From positions 96,040,001 to 96,104,000 of the forward strand of contig CM059431.1 in assembly GCA_030390025.1 (NCBI GenBank): DNA of 64,000 nucleotides, given 5' to 3'. Below, piece by piece: positions 1-11,600 of the stretch (position 1 is its first letter; every line of letters starts with the position of its first letter). The DNA comes from Squalus acanthias. Its lineage: Eukaryota. A program made the position numbers and the translations under genes. Under the pieces are notes generated by a model that did not search any database, was not told the origin of the DNA, and was given only the letters and a program-made list of their open reading frames with translations.

Positions 1-174
1 TGACAGCTGGGTAATTTGCTGCGAACGATGGTACTTTTGAGGTTAGGCGGCTGCTTGAAGGTGAGTAGTGGAGGCGTGGGGATGGCCTTAGCAAGGTGTT
101 CGTCGTCATCGATGACATGTTGAAGGCTGCGAAGAACATGGCGTAGTTTCTCCGCTCCGGGGAAGTACTGGACG
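1..174 (-). mobile_element. Penelope-like element ORF fragment (linker upstream of GIY-YIG), inverted relative to the adjacent 3' part
   Basis: Reverse complement translates VQYFPGAEKLRHVLRSLQHVIDDDEHLAKAIPTPPLLTFKQPPNLKSTIVRSKLPS, matching KAIPTPPLLAFKQPPNLRSTIVRSKLPS of the Penelope copy at 48382. Confidence 0.85.
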
Positions 175-828
175 GTGCTCCGGGGAAGTACTGGTGACTC
201 GGCCAACGTTGTCTACCTGATACGTTGCAGGAAAGGATGCCCCAGAGCATGGTACATCGGCGAGACCATGCAGACACTGAGACAACGTATGAACGGACAC
301 CGCGTAACAATCGCCAGGCAGGATTGTCACCTCCCAGTCGGGGAACACTTCAGCAGTCAAGGACATTCAGCCTCGGATCTGTGGGTTAGCGTTCTCCAAG
401 GCGGCCTTCGAGACACACGACAACGCAAAATCATTGAGCAGAAACTGATAGCCAAGTTCCGCACCCATGAGGACGGCCTCAATAGGGATATTGGGTTCAT
501 GTCACGCTACAGAACGTGACTCGACATCGTTGTCTGTCTTTCCAGTTTTAAAAAAAAAACACAAAAAAAAACTGCAGACAGCAGGGTTTGACATGTTGGA
601 CCCCCTGTGACACATCTCATTGTCTTGGCTGTGCTCTTGGTGTGTCTTTGATGTAAGGACATCTTCCCTGAAAGATTGTACCTCTGCAGTTTCTGTGTTT
701 ATATACTGTGAAATATTGTAGATTCACTCATTGTAACTTTACCTGAGGAAGGGGTGACAGCTCCGAAAGCTTGTAATTTTAAATAAATCTGTTGGACTGT
801 AACCTGGTGTTCTGCGACTTCTCATGTT
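175..828 (+). mobile_element. Penelope-like retroelement 3' end: GIY-YIG endonuclease C-terminus (about 195-519) plus pLTR/3' UTR
   Basis: NVVYLIRCRKGCPRAWYIGET...LRQRMNGH...HF...E...GLN is the PLE GIY-YIG signature; near-identical to 48600-48926; followed by a hammerhead motif and AATAAA. Confidence 0.9.
739..776 (+). ncRNA. Minimal (short stem III) type I hammerhead ribozyme motif
   Basis: TTAC-CTGAGGA-A-GGGGT(GACA)GCTCC-GAAA-GC-TT-GTAA: stem I TTAC/GTAA, core CUGAnGA...GAAA, stem II with G-U pairs, palindromic AGCU stem III. PLE pLTRs are known to carry such motifs. Confidence 0.75.
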
Positions 829-830
829 GT

Positions 831-1363
831 AATGGAGTATTGCGTCCAGTTCTGGTCACCACACTTTAAGAAGGATTTGAAGGCCCTTGAGAGGGTGCAG
901 AGCACTTTTACCAGAATGGTTCCGGGGATGGGGGATCTTAGCTACAAGGACAGGTTGGAGAAGCTGGATTTGTTTTAATTAGAGCAAAAGAGTTTGAGGG
1001 GCAATTTGATAGAGGTGTACAAGATTATGACGGGTTTGGATAGGCTAGACGGGGAAAGGCTGTTCCCACTAGTTGATGGTACAAGGACCAGGGGACACAG
1101 ATTTAAGGTTTTGGGCAAGAGATACAGGGGGGATGTGAGGAAAAACTTTTTTACGCAATGCGTGGTGATGACCTGGAACTCGCTGCCGACGGAAGTAGTG
1201 GAAGTGGAGACACAATGTTTTCAAGGGGAGACTGAATAGGCACTTGAAGGAAATAAACTTGGAGGGCTACGGGGATAGAGCGGGGAAATGGGACTGACTG
1301 TATTGCTCTACAGAGAGCCGGCACGGACTCGATGGGCCGAATGGCCTCTTTCTGTGACGGTAT
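831..1363 (+). mobile_element. CR1-group LINE 3' fragment
   Basis: EYCVQFWSP...RGNLIEVYKIM...TRGHRFK...FF...WNSLP ORF2 C-terminus and 3' terminal stem region; its (TATGACTC)-type tail resumes at 5472 after the Harbinger insertion. Confidence 0.85.
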
Positions 1364-1707
1364 GGGGGAGAAATTCATTATCGCCCCATTTGGGGCGCAA
1401 TTATCGGCCGGGCGCAAAGATTATCGCCTCCGACTGCAAACTTGACTTTTATCGCCCCTGGAGGTGATTGGAGCGCTAAATCAGGCGCTACACACCTGTC
1501 TTAAGGCGCAAAGGTCGTGGAGCAAGGCGCTAACTCAGAGAGTGGGCGCAGCGCAGGTGCTGTCAGTTAGCGATGGAACACAGACACACTGGCGCCGGAC
1601 AGTTCTTAAAGGGGAGGGTCGATCTTGCACTCCAGCCACACCCTGCTCATCGGAGCCTTGAATCTTGGCCTGGAGAGACCTGTGCCTAAATCTTCCAGCC
1701 AAGGACT

Positions 1708-3529
1708 ATGGAGAGGGTGAGAGAACAAGCTCAGCACTTCAGCGAGCGGGCCTTGGATGCTCTGGTTGGCGTGGTGGAGCGCAGAAGATCTATACTCTTC
1801 CCTGAGAGTGGCAGGAGGCCTTTGCCGCGCGAGTACAGAAGAGTGTGGAGGGAGGTGGCTCAGAGCGTCTCCTCCAGGAGCATGGTGCCCAGGACCCATA
1901 TACAATGTTGAAAACAGTTCAAGGACCTCACCCGGATCGTCAGGGTGAGTGGCTTTTTTTCAATACCGCTCCATCCCTCCATCTCAACCTCACTCTATGG
2001 CCAGAGGGTCTTAAAACCTCAATGCCCAACAATCATCCAACACCTATGGCCCGCTCATGAAACACACACGCACATTCCACACTTTGCATACAGTAAGGGC
2101 TATTCACCTTAGGGAGGCACATCAGGCAAGACCATGGCTGCATACAGTAAGGGCTATTCACCTATGGGAGGCACATCAGGCAAGACCATGGCTGTATATT
2201 TACTCAGACGCCGTCCTTTTTCTTGCAGGCCAAGCTATCTCATAATAGGAGACAGCAGCAACGGACGGGTGGAGGGCGGCCTCAGCTGCAACCCCTCAGC
2301 GATCTTGAGGCACACATCCACAGGATTGTGGCAAGCCGGGTGATCGGTCCCGTCGCCCCTGGAGACGCCGACCCCGTTCTGGACAGCAATGGTAAGGTCA
2401 TCACCTTTTTGTCCTCTGTCCTTCCACTTGTCCCTCACAACACCAGCCTTTGACACTTTCAATCCAACTTACTAAATCGCTGCACTCATTCCCCCCTTAC
2501 TGCCCCCCTATCCTCACGCTAAAGCCACTCTTGTACCTCCCTGCTTTCAGATGGTGATTCACCAGCTGAGGAGACGGACCCTCAAGCTGCCAGTGGGATT
2601 GAAGCTGCAGCCGAGGAGGAAGGTGAAGGCGGAGCATCAGCGCCACCCTCTCCCGAGGAAGCCCATGCCCACACTGGGAACACGCCTTCCCTGGAGGGGA
2701 GCAGGGGGGAAGGGTCTGATGAGGGTGAAGCTCCAGGACCCAGCACGCTGCAGCAACGCCATGGGGGGGTAGGGAAGCTCGGGGGCCTTCTCCCCGGAGG
2801 GAGAGTAGGCCAGCGAGTCCTACTGCACTGGACGCAGAGGAGGAGCGGCTCATCGCTGAAATGAACACCCAGGCGGTGGACATGCACACTGAGCTCATGG
2901 GTGCAGTGGGAAGGGTGCCCGAATGCATTGAATCACTGGCAAGGAGTGTGGAGCACTACGCTGTAGCACAGGTGGATGCCACACTAAAGCTTAGTGCTGC
3001 AATTCAGTCAGTGGCTTCCATGACCCCATCTCTGACTGCTCTCACGCAGACTCAGATTGGGGCCACGCGAGCACTGACTGCTGCCATCCTCGATGGTTCG
3101 TACACATTTCCCCGGGGCTCTCACCGCGCCGCAGCAGGCCAGCAATCTGTGCTCCAGCAGATTGCTCCGGATGCTGAAGTGCTGCCCCGTGGGAGTGCCA
3201 GTGTGTCGGTCGAGCAGGGAGTTGCTGTCCTCTCTCAAGATGACAGCATTCCTGCTGCCACCACTGTCACTTCTCCACTGCACTTGCCACTGCCTGTAGG
3301 ACAGACTGCTGCCGCCCATGCAGAGTTGGTGCAGTCTGCAGCCGGGCCCTCCAGGCCCAGAGCTGGTCGAGGCCGTCCTTCAAGGGCATCTGCAGTCTCA
3401 GGTTCTGACAATCAGCAGCCTTCCACCAGCCTTGCTGCAGCCACTGAAGTCCCATTACGGAGGAGCAGTAGGGTGGGAAGGGGGGAAGTGCGCAAGGGAA
3501 GGAGATCACCCTCGAAGGGCAAAAAGTAG
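1708..3529 (+). pseudogene. Harbinger Myb/SANT-like DNA-binding protein gene, 3 exons (1708-1944, 2229-2391, 2551-3529)
   Basis: FSERALDALV...W..VA..V...RT..QC.K.F.DL Myb/SANT-like pattern and RTGGG in exon 2; donors AGG|GTGAGT and ATG|GTAAG, acceptors TTGCAG| and TTTCAG| are phase-compatible; in-frame TGA at 1909-1911 and a frameshift in the G7 run at 2763-2769. Confidence 0.85.
2085..2194 (+). repeat. 54-bp tandem duplication in Harbinger intron 1
   Basis: TGCATACAGTAAGGGCTATTCACCT..GGGAGGCACATCAGGCAAGACCATGGC occurs twice with period 54. Confidence 0.9.
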
Positions 3530-3828
3530 GAGGTGTGACAAAATGTTGGTCATTTTTTAATTAAAGGCTGAGGGTCGTGGTCAAACTTTTGAACATTATC
3601 TCCAGGTTAGGAGAACCAGTTATGTTAATGACTGTGTTTTTGTGTTTCTTTCTATTAGTTTGTCATGAGGAAATGACACACACAGAATTTGTGAAATAAA
3701 TAAGTTTTTGTATTCAAAATGTACATGTTTGGTCTTTGGAATCATTGCTGCCTTGGCCGGCTTAGGGGTTGCGGGTTGGTTTCATTCATGTTGTTCTCAA
3801 TGGCAGAAGCCATTTCCTCAGCAGGGGC

Positions 3829-4957
3829 CTAGAAGCGGCTTGCTATCAGCCGTTGACGGACGCCCCTTCCAGTTTCTACATTGTGGGCCTCCCTCCCGCC
3901 TTGGTGCTGCTGATGATCATCCTCCTCCTCTTCTTCTCTGGTGGTGCTCCAAGGCCTGGTGGCATTGGCTGACTCCTGAGGATTGCCAGGTTATGCAGCA
4001 TGCAGCACACAGCAAAGAAGTGGGAAACTCGCTGAGGTGAGTACTGCAGGGCTTCTCCAGAATGGTCCAGACAGCGGAACCGTTGCTTGAGCACGCGATT
4101 GTGTGCTCAATGATGTTCCTGGTAGCTTGATGCCTCTGGTTGTACCGCAGCTCAGCAGGGGTGTTGGGCGTACGGAGCGGTGTCATCAGCCAGGTGCTCA
4201 GTGGATATCCCTTGTCCCCGAGAAGCCAACCAACTGGCTGATGCGGTGCCTGGAAAAGTTCTGCCACAGTAGTCTGGCGCAGGATGAATGAATCGTGGCA
4301 GCTGCCAGGATAGTGGGCATTGACAGCGAGTATCAGCTGTCTGTGGTCACAGACCAACTGAACGTTTAAGGAATGGAACCCCTTTCTGTTGCGGAAATCC
4401 TCGGCATTCTCATGCGGAGCACGCAAAGCCACATGCGTGCAGTCAATGGCGCCCTGCAGCATGGGGAAGCCCGCTATCCTCGCAAAGCCCATTGTGCGTT
4501 CTTGCTGCTTGTCTGGGGTCATGGGGAAAGAGATGTACTCTCGTCTCCTTTTAAAGAGGGCATTTGTGACCTGACGGATGCAGCAATGCACCACGAACTG
4601 GGAGATATTGGCGATGTCCCCAGTAGCTGACTGAAATGAGCCAGTGGCATAAAAGTTCAGAGCCACTGTGATCTTCACTGCCACCACCAGAGACGTCCTG
4701 GACCTCAGTTGAGGCTGCAGCAGGTGGCAGAGCTCAGTGACTACCTCCTTGCTGAAGCACAGCCTTCGCAAACACTGCTCCTCAGACATATTAATATATG
4801 TGAATTGTTGCCGATATACCCTGGGAGGGTAAGGTCTCCTGTATAGAGGCCTGTTGGCCCTCCTCCGTCTGGCCATGATTGCCACTCTCTCTCTGCGTAT
4901 CTGTGTCCTCCGATTCTGGTGGCGCAGGACGACGCCCCCAATCAGTGCAGCCCCCAC
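3829..4957 (-). pseudogene. Harbinger (HARBI1-family) DDE transposase with two C-terminal frameshifts
   Basis: ALNFYATGSFQ, GAIDCTHV, NRKGFHSLNVQLVCD, YPGSCHDSFIL, LLGDKGYP, RNIIE; continues in other frames as LKQRFRCLD...CCMLHNLA and EEEEEDD...RQRLIASRF*. Lies within TIRs, so it is a transposon copy rather than the domesticated host gene. Confidence 0.92.
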
Positions 4958-5481
4958 AGTCTCTTGGCAATCAAAGTTATGAAGGTCAAAAACCAAAGTA
5001 CCTGCAAAGTTATGATCAGTAGCCAAAACTACCTCACACAGCGTTGACTCAATGCAGAAGTCTCTCTTTCTCTCTCTCCGAATCTCTCTCTCTCTCTCTC
5101 TCAGAACGAGTGGTGCAAAAATGTCAACCACAGAGAAAGACAGGGAGAGGCCCCTTTAAATAGCGCCCCCCCAGCCCCACAGCGACTGGGGAGCGTTCCA
5201 ATCTTCCGGTCGTTGGTTGCGCCAGGCGGAAAGGATGGGGGCGCCACTCAATTTCCACTCTGGGGCGCCACAAGGGCGTTGCACCCTCGTAATGATGTCA
5301 AGATCTGCGTGCGCAGGAGATCGTGGCGGTAAAGTTTAGCGCCGCCGCAAAATGTCTAGTTAATTTCGCGAGCAGCGCAAACATCGCTGCGCCCGGGCGC
5401 TAGTTGCTTTGCGCCACATTAGCACCCTCTTAAGGTGCTAACGGGAGGTGCAACCAACTGAATTTTCCCCCTATGACTCTA

Positions 5482-5810
5482 AACTGTTTCCAATGGCTGA
5501 AGGGTCGATAACCAGAGGGCACAGATTTAAGGTAATTGGCTAAAGAACCAGAGGCGACATGAGGAAAAACATTTTTATGCAACGAATGGTTAGGATTTGG
5601 AATGGAGTGCCTGATAGGGTGCTGGATACAGGGTGCTGGATACAGATTCAATGGTAAATTTTAAAAAGGGAAATGGATAAGTACTTGAAGGAGAAAAAAA
5701 TGCAGAGATATGGGGAAAGAGCAGGGAGTTGGACTAACTGGATTGCTCTTCGAGAGAGGCGGCAGAGACTCGATGGGTCAAACGGTCCCCTTCCGTGCTG
5801 TATTATTCTA
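5482..5810 (+). mobile_element. CR1-group LINE 3' fragment
   Basis: ACCAGAGGGCACAGATTTAAGG (TRGHRFK) and 3' terminal GATGGG..AA.GG..CCTTC.GTGCTGTA.ATTCTAT. Confidence 0.8.
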
Positions 5811-6704
5811 TAAATCAGTTCCATTTATAAGTTAATGTGACCGATCAAATCATTTTAAGTTTAATTGTATCTGGGGTTTGTGTAGAGTGACTGACGGTTG
5901 CAAGTAATGATTTTTACAAAATCTCCACAGCACCTAAATTTCAAATAATTTCTACCATTGTTTGGAAAGGTGCTGAAAGCTATGAATTGTCTTTAAGCCA
6001 GTACAATGTATATAACTGTTCATATTCTGCAATGAGTTTTTTTGTACAGTCAAACTGGAATTATTTTTCAATGAAAAGCAATTTCCCAGTAAAAAGAAAT
6101 GGGCTGAATATTTACGTCTTCCTTCCAGAGCCCATAACGGCCAGACCCCCCAACCTGCAATTCACTGATGAAGCACAAGAAGAGTTTTAGCAGTTAATGC
6201 AAAGCCTCACGTAACCTGAGCATATATCGGAAATTCGATGACGGTGGTCCAATTTGCAACCCATGCAATTTTTTATCAATAGACGGATTCAGGGAGCCTC
6301 GAGGCTGGGTTCAGGGACTTGTGAAGCAGGTTTAACTCAGCGTTCAGATCCCGAGACAATGGCGCTCCAATTGAGATGTGTGACTCCCTCCCCTGGCACC
6401 ACTCTATGATTTACATTATCTGTGACTGCCCACTGTAGGCCAGGAAGGCCCACTGTACATGCTTTTCTGTTGGTGTCACTGAGCTGCTGGTGTCATAGGT
6501 TCTTAAAGCACAGCTCTGGTGCAGCCAGCGTCAACCTCCCTGCATAACCCTGCCAGGTTCACTAAATCTAGCAGCAGGGGAAGACTTAAAATCATAGAAT
6601 GGTTACAGCACAGAAGGAGGCCATTCGGCTGGTCGAGCCAGTAAAAGAGCACTTCAGCTAGTCCCACCCCCCGCACTTTCCTCATAGCCCTGCAAATTTT
6701 TGAA

Positions 6705-7132
6705 ATGGCAGTCGACGTTTGCAACGTACCACTTTTTCCGGACTGATCACTCGTGGAGGCTTGTGTGTATGTATGTAAGTCGGACAAAGAGATTATGAAT
6801 TGCTGGGAAGTGCTTTTATGTGCGGTTGACTTGGGATATGGTTTGCCAAGGATTAGCATAAATTGCGGGGATACTTTTTGTACGTTTAGCTAAACTATGT
6901 AGCATATGAATTGCTGGGGCGGTACTTTTATGTACGAAACTGTGGGCATATTTATTGCAAAGGGATTAGTAATAAACTGTGGGCACATGAATTGCCGAGA
7001 GTGCTTCTATGTACGCTTGAATTTTAAACTGTAGTGTGAATAAAGATAATTTTATTTATAACAAACTTATCTGTCATTGTTACGCTTATTTGTAATTCTC
7101 GAGGTCCGAACAGTAGTAGGAGAAAGTCCTAC
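6705..7132 (+). repeat. Unclassified LTR-like segment with degenerate internal repeats
   Basis: About five degenerate copies of ATGAATTGC...TTTATGTACG...AAACTGTGGGC, then AATAAA and an end in ...CCTACA. No TSD found. Confidence 0.35.
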
Positions 7133-7134
7133 AT

Positions 7135-8135
7135 GACATGGTTGACCACACCATCCTCCTCCAATGCCTCTCCTCCATCGTCCAGCTGTTTGGGACTGCA
7201 CTTGCCTGGTTACATTCTTATCTATCCAGTCGTAGCCAGAGAATCACTTGCAATGGCTTCTCGTCCCTCTCCTACACTGCTACCTCTGGAATCCCCCCTT
7301 GGCCCCTCCTATTTCGCATCTACACATCATCCGAAAACATATCAGGTTCCACATGTACGTTGATGACAATCAGCTCTACCTCACCAACACCTCTCAACCC
7401 CACCACTGTCTGTTAAGTTGTCAGACTGCTTGTCCGACACCCAGTACTGGATGAGCAGAAACTTCCTCCAAATAAATATTGGGAAGAACGAAGCCATTGT
7501 TTTCAGACCCAGCCACAAACTCCATTCCCAAGCCACGACTCCATCCTCTCCCTGGCAATTGTCCAAGGCTGAACCAGACCATTTGCAACCTTGGTGTCAT
7601 ATTTGACCCCAAGATGAGCTTACGACCATTTATCACGCCATCACCCAGACCGCCTACTTCCCCCTCTAACATCGCCCGACTCCACCTCTGCCTCAGCTCA
7701 TCTGCTGCTGAAACCCTCATCCATGCCTTTGTTACCACGAGACTTGACTATTCCTATGCTCTCCTGGCCGACCTCCATAAACTTATGCTCATCCAAAACT
7801 CTGCTGCCCATATCCTAACTCACACCAAGTCTCGTTTACCCATCACCCCTGTGCTTGCTGACCTACATCTGGCAGCGACTCAATTTTAAAATTCTCATCC
7901 TCATTTTTGAATCCCTCCATAACCTCACCCCTCCTATCGCTCTTACCTCCTCTAGTTTTACAACCCTCCGAGATCTGTGCTCCTCCAATTCTGGCCTTTT
8001 GCATATCCTCTATTTTAATTGCTCCACCACTGGCTACCGTGCTTCCAGCTGCTTACGGTCTAAATTCAGGAATTCCCTCCCTAAACCTCCCCACCTCTCT
8101 CTCTCCTCCTTCAAGATGCTCCGTAAAACCTCTCT
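7135..8135 (+). mobile_element. L2-type LINE, degraded RT and C-terminus
   Basis: VDHTILL...WLHSYLS.RSQ, YVDDNQLY, WMSRNFLQ.N..K.E, NLGVIFD, LIHAFVTTRLDY, IQNSAA..LT, in shifting frames. Confidence 0.85.
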
Positions 8136-8194
8136 GAGCCAGTGGTCTGGCGACATCAAGGAGCCTAAGGCTTCAACAGAGGCCGGGGAGGGCG

Positions 8195-8265
8195 CACTGC
8201 AACACTCCCTCAGTACTGTACTGCGGTGTCAACTTAGATTTTGTACTCAAGTCTCTGAGTGGCAC

Positions 8266-8306
<41 letters not shown>

Positions 8307-8315
8307 ATTGAGCTG
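8195..8315 (-). mobile_element. tRNA-derived SINE 5' part (Deu/SacSINE1-like)
   Basis: Reverse strand GCTCAATGGTAGCACTCTTGCCTCTGAGTCAGAGGGTCATGGGTTCAAGT has A- and B-box-like motifs; related heads at about 26335-26450 (minus) and 53685 (plus). Confidence 0.7.
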
Positions 8316-8684
8316 TCACCAGAATAATTGAACAAACTGAAAGGGGACCAAAAGGCAGGGATAGTGACGAGTGATAATTGAATCATATGAAAAGGGGCAA
8401 AAGGAGGTGGATAATTGAACCAGGGGATGTAGATGTAATTTGGTCAGTTCAGGTTGATAAAAATGATCTTCCTGTTCTAAAAGAATTCTAAAAACATGTT
8501 TTCTCAATCATTCGATTACATTTTTCAGCAGAAAACTACTTCCCCTTCCCCAGACACCTACCAGTTGTGGTCTGTCTGTCTGCAGTACCCTCAAATAACC
8601 CTCAGCAAACCAGCAAGCTCCAGTTCTGACTGAAATATATTACTAGCATTACATACAGATAGAGCTAACATCTCTGTGCACATT

Positions 8685-11600
8685 GGGCTAGAAATTCGTT
8701 ATATCCAAGGAATGAACGGTATTTAGGCTAAAAATGATAAAGTAGCGCCAGTTGAACATCGTCTAGATTGCACGCAAAATTCGGCCTCAGTCCTTAAAAT
8801 GATTGCAGTCATGATTCCCGTCTAAAAATCCAAGCTCGTTGGCATTACACTGAAAAGCTGGAGCAATATCGGGTGTAGTCTAAACACAAGTAATGATTGT
8901 CACAGGCTTTTTTCACTACTTAAAGGGGAGGTCCACTGATGCTGCAGCACCTCACTCTTAGCATTGTTGGGTGTGCAGCTGCCTCAACAACCATAAGAAG
9001 AAGGACAAAGAGAAGGAGCACTTATTTACAAAAGCTGATGGCAGATCGCCACCCCAGGACGAGAGCCTGGAGGTTTTCTGAGGAAGCTTTGGAGCCATTG
9101 GTTTTAGTGGTGGAGGGAAAGCGGGTGGTCCTGTACCAATTGGCTGGAGGCCCTTGCCACAAGTCTGACAGACTATGTGGAGGGAGGTGGCACACCACGT
9201 CATTGGCAGCACTGTGGTCCCCAGGTCCCACACCCTGTGCAGGTGGAAGTTTAACGAGCTCACACGGGTGATCAGGGTGAGTGAAGGCTTCAACAAATGC
9301 AACATACCACCATCTGTACCACAAGCTTCACACACTGCTCAATGTACCACACCTCCAGCACTCACCCAACAACAATCTCTACCTAGCAACACTCTCACCC
9401 ACATCTCACACCTTGCACACAATGACAGCTATTCAACTATGGCACGCACAAGGGTCATTATTATTAGAATTCATGTGATGTAGGCTAAGTAAAGAAATTA
9501 AGGATAGTATCCGACTAAAAACAAGGACATATAAGGTAGCCAAACTTAATGGAAGGATAGAAGATTGGGAAGTCTTCAAAAGACAGCAAAAAGTAACTAA
9601 AGGATTGATTAAGAAAGGGAAGATAGATTATGAAAATAAATTAGCAAAAAATATAAAAACAGATAGCAAGAGTTTCTATAGTTATATAAAAAGAAAAAGG
9701 GTGGCTAAGGCAAACGTAGGTCCCTTAGAGGATGAGACCGGGAAATTAATGGTGGGAAACATGGAGATGGCAAAAATGCTGAACAAATATTTTGTTTCAG
9801 TCTTTACGGTAGAGGACACTAAGAATATCCCAACACTGGACAAACAGGGGCCTCTGGGGGGGGAGGAGCTAAATACGATTAAAATCACTAAGGAATTGGT
9901 ACTCAGTAAAATAATGGGACTCAAGGCGGATAAATCCCCTGGACCTGATGGCTTACATCCTAGGGTCTTGAGGGAAGTGGCAGTAGGGATTGTGGATGCT
10001 TTGGTAATAATTTTCCAAAATTCCCTGGACTCAGCAAAGGTCCCGGCAGATTGGAAAACTGCTAATGTAACACCCTTATTTAAAAAGGGTAGTAGGCAGA
10101 AGGCTGGAAATTATAGACCAGTTAGCCTAACATCTGTGGTGGGTAAAATTTGGGAGTCTATTATTAAGGAGACAGTAACGGAACATTTAGATAAACATAA
10201 TTTAATAGGACAAAGTCAGCATGGCTTTATGAAGGGGAAGTCATGTCTGACAAATTTGCTTGAGTTCGAGGACATAACGTACAGGGTGGATAAAGGGGAA
10301 CCAGTGGACATAGTGTATTTAGACTTCCAGAAGGCATTCGACAAGGTGCCACATAAAAGATTATTGCTCAAGATAAAAAAAAATCACTGGATTGGCGGTA
10401 ATATTCTGGCATGGGTGGAGGATTGGTTATCTAACAGGAAGCAGAGAGTTGAGATAAATGGTTCATTCTCGGACTGGCAACCAGTAGCCAGTGGTGTTCC
10501 GCAGGGGTCGGTGCTGGGTCCCCAACTCTTTACAATCTATATTAACGATTTGGAGGAGGGGACCGAGTGTAACATATCAAAGTTTGCAGATGATACAAAG
10601 ATGGGAGGGAAAGTAGAAAGTGAGGAGGACATAAAAAACCTACAAGGGGATATAGACAGGCTGGGTGAGTGGGCAGAGATTTGGCAGATGCAATACAATA
10701 TTGGAAAATGTGAGGGTATGCACTTTGGCAGGAAAAATCAGAGAGCAAGTTATTATCTTAATGGCGAGAAACTGGAAAGTACTGCAGTACAAAGGGATCT
10801 GGGGGTCCTAGTGCAAGAAAATCAAAAAGTTAATATGCAGGTGCAGCAGGTGATCAAGACGGCCAACGGAATGTTGGCTTTTATTGCTAGGGGGATAGAT
10901 TATAAAAACAGGGAGGTATTGCTGCAGTTATATAAGGTATTGGTGAGACCGCATCTGGACTACTGCATACAGTTTTGGTGTCCATACTTAGAAAAGACAT
11001 ACTTGCTCTCGAGGCAGTACAAAGAAGGTTCACTCGGTTAATCCCGGGGATGAGAGGGTGGACATATGAGGAGAGGTTGAGTAGATTGGGACTCTACTCA
11101 TTGGAGTTCAGAAGGATGAGAGGCGATCTTATTGAAACATATAAGATTGTGAAGGGGCTTGATCGGGTGGATGCGGTAAGGATGTTCCCAAGGATGGGAG
11201 AAACTAGAACTAGGGGGCATAATCTTAGAATAAGGGGCTGCTCTTTCAAAACTGAGATGAGGAGAAACTTCTTCACCCAGAGGGTAGTGGGTCTGTGGAA
11301 TTTGCTGCCCCAGGAAGCTGTGGAAGCTACATCATTAAATAAATTTAAAACAGAAATAGATAGTTTCCTAGAGGTAAAGGGAATTAGGGGTTACGGTGAG
11401 CGGGCAGGAAATTGGACCTGAGGCGGAGTTCGAATCGGTCAGGGCCCTGTGGGTGGCGGCGCGGGCCCAGGGGCTGAGTGGCCGGGTCCTGCTCCTACTT
11501 CTTGTGTTCTTTAGATTTGAGGTTAGGATCAGATCAGCCATGATCTTATTGAATGGCGGAGCAGGCTCGAGGGGCCGATTGGCCTACTCCTGCTCCTATT

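Larger units (their letters stand above)
1364..5471. mobile_element. PIF/Harbinger DNA transposon, full length (4108 bp), both genes mutated
   Basis: TIRs GGGGGAGAAATTCA (1364-1377) and TGAATTTTCCCCC (5459-5471); 3-bp TSD TAT (1361-1363, 5472-5474); convergent Myb/SANT-like gene and DDE transposase. Confidence 0.93.

Noticed and set aside
3829..4957. Host genes HARBI1 or NAIF1
   Set aside because: Inside TIRs with a TSD, disrupted, and multiple relatives in the window.
4958..5131. N-terminal extension of the 404-aa transposase ORF
   Set aside because: Runs through a (GA)n microsatellite from a GTG; probably 5' UTR.
6110..6190. Acceptor-like TTCCTTCCAG followed by PITARPPNLQFTDEAQEEF*
   Set aside because: Short, no partner exon or homology; compatible with chance.
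8260..8315. tRNA genes (also near 26400, 53690, 57630, 61520)
   Set aside because: Degenerate A/B boxes without a cloverleaf, attached to SINE bodies.
8316..8507. 63-aa minus-strand ORF after an acceptor-like site
   Set aside because: No homology, donor or other support.
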